Source of the DNA: an uncultured Armatimonadetes bacterium
Lineage (GTDB): Bacteria > Armatimonadota > UBA5829 > DTJY01
Direction: 5' to 3'
Assembly: GCA_963717145.1 (NCBI GenBank)
Contig: OY970325.1
Coordinates: forward strand, 2,720,001-2,784,000
DNA length: 64,000 bases
Shown here: positions 27,779 to 38,360 of the stretch, one piece after another
How the letters are laid out: each line of letters opens with the position of its first letter
Position numbering within the stretch: the stretch's first letter is position 1
Made by a program: the position numbers and the translations under genes
The notes under the pieces: generated by a model
Told to the model about the DNA's origin: nothing
Database searches by the model: none
What the model saw: the letters and a program-made list of their open reading frames with translations, nothing else

Positions 27779-30541
27779 CTACGGCAGATTCACATCTCCC
27801 GGGGCGGCCTTGTGCCCAAGGGCCGCACCCTCCTCCAGGCCGGAGATGCGGGCCGAGGAGTCCCTGGCGTTCTTCCAGAAACGCAGGACGAACTCAGTGC
27901 CGGCAGCCTGGGCGGCCTCGGATGTCTCGCCTGCCAGGATGAGCCACTGCCGCCCGCTGCCGACGTCCTGCAGAACCACCGCCCCCCTGTCCGCCGGGAG
28001 TTGGAGAGAGGACGGTGCAATCAACGGGTTCGTCTTCGGCGTTCCGACCAGGATGAGATTGCCCTTCCAGTCCTTGGGGATATCAGCCACACTGCAGAGA
28101 CGGAGTTCCCGTCCGATTGCAGACTGGAGCGTGTTGCGTGCCTGGTAGGCCATCTCCAACTCGATGATGGGGCAATCGACGCCGAATGCTATGCAGACCG
28201 GCTTGCTGTAGTCGAACTTGGTGACGACATCGGGGCCCTGCGGGTAATCCACCTTGTCGGCGAGAACCGGCGGATCGAACTTCGGCGCGCCGGGGTTTGA
28301 TACGATCCCCCAGCCGTATGCCACGCCACCTGCATATTCGGCCTTCAGGAAGTAGTGGTACGCGCCAGGCAGAGCGTTCGGACTGAGAAGCTCGATGGTC
28401 CCGGACGCCTTCCCACCCGGCATCAGGCTGAGCGTGCTCTTAGACAGCCTACCGAAGAGTTCCTGGTAGAACTCCAGGGAGAGCTTGATCTCGGCCCGCT
28501 TCCCGGTCTTGTTCTCGATGGTGAAGCCGGCGGATGCCTTGCCGTTCCTGAGAGTGACCTCGTCTATCTTGATCGGCAGCACGCGGACCGGCGCGTCCGG
28601 TCGAGCGTACTCCTTGATGAGCTTCATGAACTCGATCGCCTCTGATTTGGGCCGGCGGTCGAGATTGATCATCTCGTAGTGCCGGAGTCCCTGCCTGGTG
28701 AGCCGCGGGTTGACGCTCATCGTCTCCTGCCAGTGGAACTGGAAGAACTCGGGAATCGCGCGCGGCTCGAGCATCTTGCTGTAGATGCCCTTGAACTCCC
28801 GGGCGCGGACCTCCGGCGATAGGTACGTCAGGTACTTCCAGTTGAACTCGCCGAGGGTCGGCTGCATGCCGAGTTCGGATGCGTGGCCGGCGACACCGAT
28901 TGCGACCGATGGGATCGTCTCTTTGAAGGCCGGGCGGTGCTTGTAGTTGTGATACCCCACCCTGTCGAACGGGATGCCGAGCTGCACCAGCCGCTCGAAC
29001 TGCCCCTGGTTGCACGCGCTGGTGAGGAAGACCTGCGTATCCGGGGCAACCTTCTTGATCGCGTTGTAGCACGCCGTCCAGCGCTCCGCATCGCCGGGTC
29101 TGATACCGACGATCAGGATCTCGTTGTCGATCTCGATGCGCTTGACGACATCCTTGTACCGCCCCGCCAGAAACGCCATCCACTCCGGAGAACCGGATGT
29201 GTCGATCAGCACTCTGAGCCCCAGCTTGCGGCACTCATCCATGTAGAAGTCGAGGAACGCGACGGCATTGGGCCTCCTCATCTCGCCGATGATCTCCAGG
29301 TGATGGAGGCGGACCCAGTCGAAGCCCATGGCCTTGATGATCCGGAGGTCGGTCTTCATCTGCGGCTCAAACGAACGCCATTTCTCCCACATCACCGGCG
29401 AGAACGGCCACCATCCCTCGCGGTCGAGGCCCTTCGTGCGGTAGTAGTCGAAGTTCTCGGTCATCGTGGAATACGGGAAGTAGCTCGTCCCGAACTCGAC
29501 ATACGGCACTCCGAGATCGACCGTTGATTTGTCAGCGGATTCGGTCACGTAGCGGTATCCGGCATAGGACTGGAACTGGCCGTCCTCCCAGCCCTTCTTC
29601 GGCGACTGGGATACGGCAAACCGGTAGCCGAGCTTGACGGGTTCGCCCTTGGCGGGAGGGGTGTATGTCCTGACGCCCATCGCGCCCTTGCCCTCCTGCT
29701 CGGGGTTCGGGCCGGCGATCTCAGTGATGAGATAGAGACTGTCGCCGTCTCGGATGACTCGCTCGCGGGCATAGAAATAGTTGGCCAGCGCCCATCGCCC
29801 GACGCTGTTCTTGTACGTATAGCCTGGAGTGAACTTGCTGGTGGCGAGGAAGGACCTGCCGTCCGACTTCCAGGACAGCCAGTCGACGCCATGAGCCAGG
29901 GATGTGATGCGGTCGCCTTCCTTGGGCAGATCGATGCCGTCGATCATGAGGCCGTTCCAGCGCATCTTGAGGCCATCGACCTTCGGCATCGTGATCCGTC
30001 GGACCAGGGCGATATACGCATCCGCTGGTCCGTCGCCGACCCGGGTAACGGTCACGTTGACATCCGCCCAGGAATCACCACAGGCCGTGAAGTCGACGAT
30101 AACGCGGTATCCGTTGACCCGATCGATCATGTCGACTGTACCGTGAGGACCACCGCCAAGTGCTGTGATTGGATCGTGGAAGACGGACGGCACCTGTGAG
30201 GCTTGACCCTCGCGACCGGGGATAACGACGAGCCCTAAACCGAGCGCCCCTCTCCCGAACATGGTGGACCCGGAGAGCTTCGGCTCGGAGCGGTCCCATT
30301 TCAGGCTGACCGACGAGCGAGCTGACACGTCGGCCAGGATACGTGCTGTTCCGCCAGCGACGCTACCCCGAGCACCCTTGCCGTCGTAGACCCCGTCGGG
30401 CATGGTCGTATTGAAGACCACTGGGCCATTGTAGCTGAAGTCGTAGTTGTTCCGGATCAGGATGGATGGAGCAGCGGACACACAACCAATTGTCAGATAG
30501 ATCAACGTGAGCAGCATGAGCGATCGCTTAGACAGATGCAC
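27779..30541 (-). CDS. Secreted clan GH-A-like glycoside hydrolase (920 aa)
   Basis: Signal peptide; MGFDWVRLHH, IEIDNE (acid/base), GYHNY, LGEFNW (nucleophile); C-terminal GNLILVG.P..N module. Confidence 0.7.
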   Translation of the reverse strand: MHLSKRSLMLLTLIYLTIGCVSAAPSILIRNNYDFSYNGPVVFNTTMPDGVYDGKGARGSVAGGTARILADVSARSSVSLKWDRSEPKLSGSTMFGRGALGLGLVVIPGREGQASQVPSVFHDPITALGGGPHGTVDMIDRVNGYRVIVDFTACGDSWADVNVTVTRVGDGPADAYIALVRRITMPKVDGLKMRWNGLMIDGIDLPKEGDRITSLAHGVDWLSWKSDGRSFLATSKFTPGYTYKNSVGRWALANYFYARERVIRDGDSLYLITEIAGPNPEQEGKGAMGVRTYTPPAKGEPVKLGYRFAVSQSPKKGWEDGQFQSYAGYRYVTESADKSTVDLGVPYVEFGTSYFPYSTMTENFDYYRTKGLDREGWWPFSPVMWEKWRSFEPQMKTDLRIIKAMGFDWVRLHHLEIIGEMRRPNAVAFLDFYMDECRKLGLRVLIDTSGSPEWMAFLAGRYKDVVKRIEIDNEILIVGIRPGDAERWTACYNAIKKVAPDTQVFLTSACNQGQFERLVQLGIPFDRVGYHNYKHRPAFKETIPSVAIGVAGHASELGMQPTLGEFNWKYLTYLSPEVRAREFKGIYSKMLEPRAIPEFFQFHWQETMSVNPRLTRQGLRHYEMINLDRRPKSEAIEFMKLIKEYARPDAPVRVLPIKIDEVTLRNGKASAGFTIENKTGKRAEIKLSLEFYQELFGRLSKSTLSLMPGGKASGTIELLSPNALPGAYHYFLKAEYAGGVAYGWGIVSNPGAPKFDPPVLADKVDYPQGPDVVTKFDYSKPVCIAFGVDCPIIELEMAYQARNTLQSAIGRELRLCSVADIPKDWKGNLILVGTPKTNPLIAPSSLQLPADRGAVVLQDVGSGRQWLILAGETSEAAQAAGTEFVLRFWKNARDSSARISGLEEGAALGHKAAPGDVNLP

Positions 30542-30637
30542 CTGGTGATACCTCCATGGCCCGAGAAGCGGCGTAGTCGAATGCGGCCAAGCGGGAACAT
30601 GATACCGTGACCCGAGAGTGATGTCAACGAGAAACGG

Positions 30638-33600
30638 CTACCTTATCTCGACCTTTGAACCGTGGGATGACACGGGCGCTGCGAGCCGCACCCAGTAGGA
30701 ATCGCCGCTTCGTTCGACGACGGCTTTCACCTGCCGGCCATCGAGGCGCACGTCGGACGCCTTCGGTGACTTGGCGAACGGTCCGAGGCGGATCTGCGCC
30801 GTGCCAAGTGATGCGTCCGCGGCGACCTGCAGGATCATGCCGCCTTCGGTTCGGGTCAGCGTGTATCGGAGATGAGCGGTTCTTGGCCGGCCCGCAATCT
30901 CGACCAGCACGGGGTAATCCTCCACGTGAACCGTCGTCCACTTGTGCGGCATCCTGGGGAAGAGGCGCAGTTGCTTCGGATGAGCGTCGTCGATGCCGAG
31001 GACTATGCGAATGGCTTTCACGATCTCCGCCTGCTGCACGCCGTTCCCGAGGTCGCCGGTCCGGAACCAGAACCGCCCGCCGGGTTCGACCTCGCAGCCC
31101 TCGGGGACGATATAGGGCTTGTACCCCGGGTAGTAGGTCGCGCGCGCGGCCCAATCCAGCATGGTGGTCGCGTCGTTCATACGGTCGAGCAGGAGGGCCG
31201 ACTGCGTGACGAACCCCTGCCCGTAGCCCATCGCGGTACCATAGAAACCGAATGGCTTGTAGGCATCAATGAGTCTACGGTACGCCGCCTCGTTGATGGA
31301 ACCCCATCCGGTATCGTCCTCCGCCGGGTCGAATCCACGCCCATCAGGCATGGCGATGATCGGTCCGAGGACGGTGCTCCGATTCGGCCAACCTGAGTGA
31401 TCGAGGGTCCATACCTTCCCATAGCCCGATTCACTGACGACGTAAGCCTTGGGGATCGCGCTCTGCATGAGTGACGCACGATTCCTCCACTGAGCGGCAG
31501 CGCCCTTCTCGCCGATCGAGTCCGCCATCTCTGCGAGCGCCCTGAGCGCCTCCATGCAGGCGACGTCGGCGTACACCGTATTCCCCACCCCGCCCGCGCA
31601 CTCGCTGTCGGTGCGGAGGACATCGGTCGCGCCGGAGATCTCGGGGTGCGCGAACTGCCAGAGGATCCAATCCCCCGCCGCGCGCATGTCGGTCCAGTGA
31701 TCGCGGAGCCACTCATCACGGTCGGGCAGCCTCTGCCAGAGCTTGTAGATGAACATGGTGGTGAACGCATGCCCGTCGTTCTCGAAGCAGCCATCGTTCG
31801 GGCTCGGGAGGTTGAGGATCCGGCACCAGTGCGGCGGGAGCGCGACCCCGTTGAGCTTCAGGTCAGGGCGCTCACTCCATGCGCGGGCAGACCTGAAGCA
31901 GTACTCGGCGCACCGCAGACCCTCCTCGATGTAGCCCTGATCGACGATCTCCTGGAGCGTGCGGCCCATGTCGCGCGACCAGGAATGCCCATAGTAGGAG
32001 CCGGCTGTCTTCGTGAACGTACCGAATCCCTCGTACCCGCCCCAGGACGGCGCATCCTTGGCGGAGGTATGATACATACCCGTCGCATCGACTCGCCCGG
32101 CCATGTCGTGCAGGTTGTTGTGATAGATGTTCGCCAGTACCTCGGCGTATGGAGTGCCGTGGAACCGTACCCGAGGCCCGCGATAGCCCTCGGGGATGTC
32201 CGGCTTGATCTCGCCGATGAAGTCTTCTTCGCTAACGTAGAGTACCTTGCGGAGATCATCCAGCTTCTCCCGCGCCGACTGCTCATCCGTGCCCTCGGGA
32301 CGGAGGCTCATGCGTCTGATGAAGTCCTGCGCGTCGGCCGGCACGACATCGCTTGGAAGTGCGATCCCGCCGGGGATGCTCTCGCCCGGCATCGGCTCGA
32401 CCGTCAGCCCGGTCAGGACAGGCGCGCTCATCTTGGGGGACGTATGCTCGACGACAAGCGCCTTGATCGGGACTAGCCGCGGAGTCACCACTGCCATGTA
32501 CCCGTCTGAGAGCGGCCTGCGTGGATAGAGTCGAAGCGACGCCTCCAACACCTTCTGAGCGTGCGGATCGGAGGCAAACGGTTCGGGGAACTGGAAGAAA
32601 CGCTTGCCCCACCAGAGGCTCTCGCCGAGAATCAGCGGGTAGTCCTGAGTCGTGCCGTCTGCGTACTCCAGACGGACGCGCCCGAGCTTATCGCCCAGGA
32701 AGAACCTGGAGTTGACGTCCCTGGGATCGCCCCACACCGGACATCCCCGGTCGGCTGAGTTCGTCATGCCGAGCAGGAAGAGATGGCTCGCCCTGACGCC
32801 GAGCGGAATGCGGACGGCACCGTTCATCGGCACGGCGGACACGGGTGATGCGAGGAACGGGATGCCTCCACGCTCGACATAGGAGGGATCGGCGGTCTGA
32901 GACTTCCAGTCCGCGAGCGATCGATTATCCGAAAACGTGACATGGAACGCATCGCCCGCATCGAACTCGTCGAGGCCGAGCCAGGCGAAACCGTTCTCGC
33001 TGATCCCATCGACAAGTCGGAGCTTGACCTTCTGCCCACTCAAATCGGCCACGTCCCATTCCACGAGGCTCGGGAAATCGCTCAGCGGAGGAGGACTGGA
33101 GCGCAGCACCTTGCCGCTCTCGATTGAGATAAGCTCGACCCGGTTGTCGCCCATCCCACCGTTCTTGCCATCATGTCCCCGGACATAAAGGCGAATCTTA
33201 GGGACGTTGACTGTGAACTCGGGTGATTCGATCGTCCCGGAACCGGTCTCTCCACCTCCAAGGGATGAGAGATAGGGAGCCGTCTCGCGCCCGCCGCCGT
33301 CACGCTCAATGACGGCCCAAGTGCCGAGGCCGCTGATGGGGATGGCGCGGTACCTGCTCTGGGCCGCGGTGTACGCCCTATGGACCTCCTCGACCTGCGC
33401 CAGTCCGAGCCATGCGAAGGCGCCTCCGGTGTCGCCATCGACCGCCTCGAAGTAGACCTCCCTGCCCACGAGATCGCTCACGATCCACGAGCGTACCTGG
33501 AAGCCATCCTGGACGGGAGGCAGAGCACGTCGGACGATCGTCCCGTCCGTCGCCAGTTTGAGGAAGAACCCATTGACGCGCTTCCCGCCCTTCTCTCCGT

Positions 33601-33895
33601 CCCAGCCGTTGACCCAGAAACGGATGAAGTCTTCTTTGACGGTGAATGACGGGGAGCGGAGCGCGCCGGTCTGGGATTCGCCGGATGCCAGCGATTCCAT
33701 GTGCGGGCGCGACTCCGCGGGGTTTCCGAGGCGTGGCATGTCGGTCGATCCCCATGCCTTGCCCTCCACGGTCCAACCATCCCAACCGGCACTTCCGCCG
33801 CCGAGGACGCGTGCAACCGTTTCGCCGCATGACGGAAGTGAGAGACTGACGCCAAGCGCCATGACGATAGCCAACCGGAGATGCGTGATCCTCAA
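30638..33895 (-). CDS. Secreted protein with duplicated N-terminal beta module and C-terminal (alpha/alpha)6 glycosidase-like domain (1085 aa)
   Basis: Two copies of SL..GE..G...SP.FTV...G.DG...W.V.DL.G..V....VDG.....FAWLGL; HSWSRDMGR, FENDG, AAGDWI helical region. Confidence 0.65.
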   Translation of the reverse strand: MRITHLRLAIVMALGVSLSLPSCGETVARVLGGGSAGWDGWTVEGKAWGSTDMPRLGNPAESRPHMESLASGESQTGALRSPSFTVKEDFIRFWVNGWDGEKGGKRVNGFFLKLATDGTIVRRALPPVQDGFQVRSWIVSDLVGREVYFEAVDGDTGGAFAWLGLAQVEEVHRAYTAAQSRYRAIPISGLGTWAVIERDGGGRETAPYLSSLGGGETGSGTIESPEFTVNVPKIRLYVRGHDGKNGGMGDNRVELISIESGKVLRSSPPPLSDFPSLVEWDVADLSGQKVKLRLVDGISENGFAWLGLDEFDAGDAFHVTFSDNRSLADWKSQTADPSYVERGGIPFLASPVSAVPMNGAVRIPLGVRASHLFLLGMTNSADRGCPVWGDPRDVNSRFFLGDKLGRVRLEYADGTTQDYPLILGESLWWGKRFFQFPEPFASDPHAQKVLEASLRLYPRRPLSDGYMAVVTPRLVPIKALVVEHTSPKMSAPVLTGLTVEPMPGESIPGGIALPSDVVPADAQDFIRRMSLRPEGTDEQSAREKLDDLRKVLYVSEEDFIGEIKPDIPEGYRGPRVRFHGTPYAEVLANIYHNNLHDMAGRVDATGMYHTSAKDAPSWGGYEGFGTFTKTAGSYYGHSWSRDMGRTLQEIVDQGYIEEGLRCAEYCFRSARAWSERPDLKLNGVALPPHWCRILNLPSPNDGCFENDGHAFTTMFIYKLWQRLPDRDEWLRDHWTDMRAAGDWILWQFAHPEISGATDVLRTDSECAGGVGNTVYADVACMEALRALAEMADSIGEKGAAAQWRNRASLMQSAIPKAYVVSESGYGKVWTLDHSGWPNRSTVLGPIIAMPDGRGFDPAEDDTGWGSINEAAYRRLIDAYKPFGFYGTAMGYGQGFVTQSALLLDRMNDATTMLDWAARATYYPGYKPYIVPEGCEVEPGGRFWFRTGDLGNGVQQAEIVKAIRIVLGIDDAHPKQLRLFPRMPHKWTTVHVEDYPVLVEIAGRPRTAHLRYTLTRTEGGMILQVAADASLGTAQIRLGPFAKSPKASDVRLDGRQVKAVVERSGDSYWVRLAAPVSSHGSKVEIR

Positions 33896-33910
33896 GGTGT
33901 TTTGCTCCTT

Positions 33911-36900
33911 CTACTCGATCGCCACAAGGGTGACGTACCGCTTCTCACCGAAGGGGAAGATGCCGACGATGAGCTGGAAGCCCACGCGCGTTTCCGACTT
34001 GATGCCGTCTGAGAGCCTGAACTCCGGCACTTCGGCGTCAGAGAGGAACGGCGTGTCGGCCTTGATCGCGGCGAGGACGGCCCTGTCCCCCACCCTTGCC
34101 CTGAGGTGGACCGCGCCCTCCCGATTGCCCTTCGGCGCGAGCCACTTCACCTCGTCGATGTTCCCAAGCGACGCCCGGACCTGGACCGGCTGCCCGGCCT
34201 TCACCTTGACCTCACCGCCGTCACTGAGGGCAACCCACCGGCCGCTGGAGTCTTGGATCTCCAGGGAGTTGAACTCTCCGTTCAGGTACTTCGGCGGCTT
34301 GGTACCGTCGAGCGGCGTGTTCCCGATCGCGATCCTCGGGAAGTTGGACGAATCAGTCCCCGTAGCCTTGGTCCGCAGGCCGACGGTCTTCCCCTCGCTG
34401 ACCGCCTTCCCATACTCGGCCCGTTTATCCGCCAACATGCCGGCGTATCCGACGGCATAGAGGTCGCGGTCGATCTCGATCCAGTAGTTCGGCTTCTTCT
34501 GCGGATACGGCTCTGAGGCCGTCTTCGCCATCTTGGTGTATTCGAATGCCGATGGGCGCATGGTGAAATCCGGGTTGATGACCGAGTAGTCGCTCCTCTC
34601 CCAGATCAGGTAGCCCGGCCACCACCACGCGGCGGATCCGGCGGAACGGGTCTCATAGAAGGTCCTGTATATCTTCTCATAGTATGCGCGCTGGGCCTCC
34701 AGGCGCTCCGGCGAAGGGTTGAAACCCGGATCGAACCCGAGTTCGGCCCAGTAGATCGGCTTCCCACCGCTGACGAACTTGCCGTAGAGCGTCGTAAAAC
34801 CACCCTCACTAAATGACTGCCAATCGCCGCTGAAGTTGTAGCCCTCTGGTGAGATGTAGTCGAAGTGCTTCGCGCCGGACAGCAGATCGACCGGCATCGC
34901 TGGAAGGGCGTATCCCGCCATCGTACCGGTGCCGCCGAACCCGCTCCTGGCGCTGATGGGGTGATAGGGATCGACGCTCCTGACGACCTCGCGGATGTCC
35001 ATGTACCGGCGGCTCAGTTCGTCGTCCCAGAAGCGTCGGTATGCGGCGACCATCCTGTCCCACGGGCCGTTCTCGCTGATCTGCGCATCTGTCGGGCCAT
35101 GGACGAGATCGTTTTCGCCCGTGCGGAGGGTGAATCCCCAATCCCTCTCGGCGTTCTCGACGCTGCCATAGCGGTCCTCGATCCAGCGTTTCCAGATTGG
35201 GTCAGACAGTTTGCGCTTCTCCTCCCGGCCGACCCGGACCTCCCAGGCGACGTCGTATGCGAACATCGCCGGTCGCTCCCAGAGGCGGACATTCTTGATC
35301 GATTCGAGCGCTTTCTCGGGATGGGGATCGATCGGATAGAGGCCGGGGACGAAGACGTGGCATTTGAGCCCGTGCCGGTGAGCGCGCTCCATGAAGTCGA
35401 CGAACCCCGGGGCGACGTCCGGGCTCTCGGTAAGGATCAGCGCCACCGTGTTCAGTCCGATCTTGTTCATCAGATCGAGTTCCATCTCGACGATCTCGGC
35501 GTCATACTGGGTCGGATGACACCAGTGGGTCCAGAACATCCCCTCCTCCATCGAGGCGACGTAGACGGGGCGGTAGTTGATCCCGAGCGAGAACCACGGC
35601 TTGCCCTTGTAGATGAACTGGTCGCCCTCGATCGTCACAAGCTCGGACTTGTCCACCGGCTTCGATTCGACGACCGAGAACGGCTGGCGGATGGCGTCGA
35701 TCGGCTTGCCGTCGCGGAGCATCCAGACCTCGGCGACGTAGAACCCGGGGGCGAGCCCCTCGACCGGCCCAAGCTCGCAGACGGTGCGCTGGCCGGTAAG
35801 ATCGAAGGTCTTGTCGAGACGGACATGGCTGGCCGAGCCGTTCTCGTATTGCGGGTCACAGGTGATATTGCACTCTATCTCGATGGAGCCTGTGGTATCC
35901 CCAAGATTCAGGACGGTCGCGCCTATGAGCGGCGTGCCCTCGAAGTATGAAGCACGATCAGTGCCTGCCGAGAGCAGGTAGAGCCCGCCGTCGATTCGAT
36001 CGACGAGTTCGGCCGCCTCACGCGCGATCTCCACTCGATGCCCGGCCAGGAAATCGGGATCCTCGATGCCGAATGTCGCCCATACGCAGCCCTTGTAGTC
36101 CTTATCATCCAGGACGTAGAGAGAAGCCGCCGCACCGCCTATATGCCCGTCGACTTCCCTGACCGCGAGGGCCGGAATCCACCGGCGGGGAGTCGTCTTG
36201 TCGAAGCCGAGTCCCCGGTAGCGGGGGAGCGAACAGACGGTGTTCACCGGCCCGGTGATCACCTGATCGCCGGTCGTCTTGTACGAGCCGGAGGTCGGGA
36301 CGTAGGACTCGGCTGTCACCGTGTAGGTCTTGTAGGCCGGGCTGAGCGTCTCGATGGTCGGCTGAGAGAAATCGGGAGCGCCGGCGGGGTTCGGCATCGA
36401 GCGAATGTCGGTGATCCAGAAAGTGACAGGCTTGCTGGGATCTCTCAGGTTGCTGTTCTCGAAACCGACCTTGAACTTGACGATCTTCTGCACGTCGATG
36501 CGATCAGCGGGACCGCCCGGGCCTTTCCAGTGACGGAAGAGTTCCGCCGTGAGCGCATATCGCTTCCAGGAGGTGCTAAGGTCAATGTGCGCCTGCCATC
36601 GTCCGCCCTCGGAGTCGATCCAGGCAACGATCAGCTTGCGCGCATTCTCGTCGCCCTTCGCCCAGAAAGTGGTGACGGTGTCGGCCGCCGGGAACTTCCC
36701 GGTTACGGGGATGTCCTGGAACTCCCAGTATGCGCAACTCGGCAGCGAGACCTCGAGCGCCGAGTCCGCATCGGGCATGTCGGGTGTCACGGCTCTCACG
36801 GTAGGAGTGGTATCGGGGGTCCCGGTGTCACGGTAGTCGGGCGACGGGGTGAAGGCGGCGAAGTCGAGGATCGTCTCACCCGGCGGCATCGTCGCGAGCT

Positions 36901-37294
36901 TGTCGACTAGTATCTGCTGAGTGACCCACTCACCGCCGACCTTGACCGTCATCCGGGAGAGCGGAGGCCCGCCGATGGTGAGGATGTTGCCGCTAGCCGC
37001 CAGATATTCCCGCAGTGCCGGAACCGATTCGACCGGGAACGAGGCGGAATTCGGCAGGACGAGAAGCTGGTCGGACCTGTCTGACTTGTCGGACAGGACC
37101 GAGACCAGGTCATCGGCGGGGATGGGCTTCACCGCGAACCCCTGTATCTCAAGGGTCGATCTCAGCGTATCGACGAACACGGCGTCAGTGCCCGGCAGTC
37201 GCTCAGTAAGCAATAGCACGTCGAGTCGCTTCCCGGACGCGCAGCATACACTGACTGCGAGCAGGACTATGATCAGAAAAAGGCATCTCGGCAT
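33911..37294 (-). CDS. Secreted clan GH-A-like glycoside hydrolase with CBM11-like module
   Basis: Signal peptide from ATG 37294 (GGAGG SD); TFWAKGD...WKRY module; GINY, IGLNTV, FAYDVAWE, YISPEGY, YWAELG, AWWWPG. Confidence 0.7.
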   Translation of the reverse strand: MPRCLFLIIVLLAVSVCCASGKRLDVLLLTERLPGTDAVFVDTLRSTLEIQGFAVKPIPADDLVSVLSDKSDRSDQLLVLPNSASFPVESVPALREYLAASGNILTIGGPPLSRMTVKVGGEWVTQQILVDKLATMPPGETILDFAAFTPSPDYRDTGTPDTTPTVRAVTPDMPDADSALEVSLPSCAYWEFQDIPVTGKFPAADTVTTFWAKGDENARKLIVAWIDSEGGRWQAHIDLSTSWKRYALTAELFRHWKGPGGPADRIDVQKIVKFKVGFENSNLRDPSKPVTFWITDIRSMPNPAGAPDFSQPTIETLSPAYKTYTVTAESYVPTSGSYKTTGDQVITGPVNTVCSLPRYRGLGFDKTTPRRWIPALAVREVDGHIGGAAASLYVLDDKDYKGCVWATFGIEDPDFLAGHRVEIAREAAELVDRIDGGLYLLSAGTDRASYFEGTPLIGATVLNLGDTTGSIEIECNITCDPQYENGSASHVRLDKTFDLTGQRTVCELGPVEGLAPGFYVAEVWMLRDGKPIDAIRQPFSVVESKPVDKSELVTIEGDQFIYKGKPWFSLGINYRPVYVASMEEGMFWTHWCHPTQYDAEIVEMELDLMNKIGLNTVALILTESPDVAPGFVDFMERAHRHGLKCHVFVPGLYPIDPHPEKALESIKNVRLWERPAMFAYDVAWEVRVGREEKRKLSDPIWKRWIEDRYGSVENAERDWGFTLRTGENDLVHGPTDAQISENGPWDRMVAAYRRFWDDELSRRYMDIREVVRSVDPYHPISARSGFGGTGTMAGYALPAMPVDLLSGAKHFDYISPEGYNFSGDWQSFSEGGFTTLYGKFVSGGKPIYWAELGFDPGFNPSPERLEAQRAYYEKIYRTFYETRSAGSAAWWWPGYLIWERSDYSVINPDFTMRPSAFEYTKMAKTASEPYPQKKPNYWIEIDRDLYAVGYAGMLADKRAEYGKAVSEGKTVGLRTKATGTDSSNFPRIAIGNTPLDGTKPPKYLNGEFNSLEIQDSSGRWVALSDGGEVKVKAGQPVQVRASLGNIDEVKWLAPKGNREGAVHLRARVGDRAVLAAIKADTPFLSDAEVPEFRLSDGIKSETRVGFQLIVGIFPFGEKRYVTLVAIE

Positions 37295-37586
37295 GGCAGG
37301 TTTCCTCCAGGCGCATGGGCTCTCCAGGGTCGCCACAGCACTACTTCTGGTTTAGCCGGTAAGTCCGTTCTTACCTCCGTGGTTCAAGAGAGAGCATTCA
37401 GGGGCTTTGGCCATTGACCTCCCACTTGCCCCACATCCGGTATATGTACTGATGTTACCGATGTATAGTACATAATACTTGGCAGTTTTTTGTGTGCATG
37501 CTTAGAATTGCTCTGCTATGGGTATTCATGAATCGGATGGAGTCGTGATCGGTAACGGAGATCGCGCTCCGGCGAAGGAGGTGGAA

Positions 37587-37754
37587 ATGATGATTGCCAG
37601 GATTAAGTCCCTGCTGGAAGACGAGGAAGGGGCAACCATGGTCGAATACGCCCTTATGGTGGCCCTGATCGCCGTGGTGGCCATTGCCGCAGTCACGCTG
37701 CTCGGCGGAAAAGTCAAACAGACCTTCCAGACTTCCAGCGATGCTATCCCGTAA
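37587..37754 (+). CDS. flp: Flp family pilin (locus 2)
   Basis: DEEG|ATMVEYALM; AAGGAGGT SD. Confidence 0.95.
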   Translation: MMIARIKSLLEDEEGATMVEYALMVALIAVVAIAAVTLLGGKVKQTFQTSSDAIP

Positions 37755-37768
37755 ACGACAATGGACAC

Positions 37769-37809
37769 TGGTAGATCGGACCGGGATCACGGTCCCGGCC
37801 GGTCTACCA
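37769..37809 (+). terminator. Hairpin after flp2 (attenuating or stabilising stem-loop)
   Basis: TGGTAGATCGG-A-CCGGGA / TCCCGG-CCGGTCTACCA. Confidence 0.55.
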
Positions 37810-37844
37810 CGGGATTAGTTGTGGTAGCAGGTAAGGCGATAGTA

Positions 37845-38293
37845 ATGGGGTCGAAACGATTGAACAATAGAGGAGCGGCACTCGTCGAGTTCGCCATCGT
37901 GTCGTTGTTGTTGATCACAATGATGCTGGGCGTCATCGAGTTCGGGCTCCTCATGAAGGATTATCTCACCTTGAGTCAGTCGGCGAGGGAGGGCGTGAGG
38001 TCCGCTGCGCTCGGCAGTCCCACATCCGTAATACAGTCGCGGGTGATGGATTCGCGCCGACGTTGACGGTCGCGAACATAGGCGTCATCGCGCAGAAGCG
38101 ACCTGTCGGCGGCAGTTGGTCGACGTTGGGGCTCTCGGCGGACGGCCTGTCGAATGATGCTCCGGCCGGTGACCAGGTGCAGGTATCGCTCACATATCCA
38201 CACACGTTGATCACCGGGAGTTTCTTCTCGTGGTTGGCAGGTGGAGGCAATTCGATCAGCATACACACTCAGATGATCATGCGCCGGGAGTAA
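37845..38293 (+). CDS. tadE: TadE-like minor pilin, split by a 1-nt deletion near 38053
   Basis: RG|AALVEF, SAREGVRSAA; adding one base restores ...DSAPTLTVAN...MIMRRE, the same C-terminal MRRE as tadE1. Confidence 0.85.
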
Positions 38294-38360
38294 CCCGCAG
38301 CTTGTGTGCACGGTTCCCCTCGCATCCTGGCTCGCAGGGCACGACAGGAAGGATACGCAG

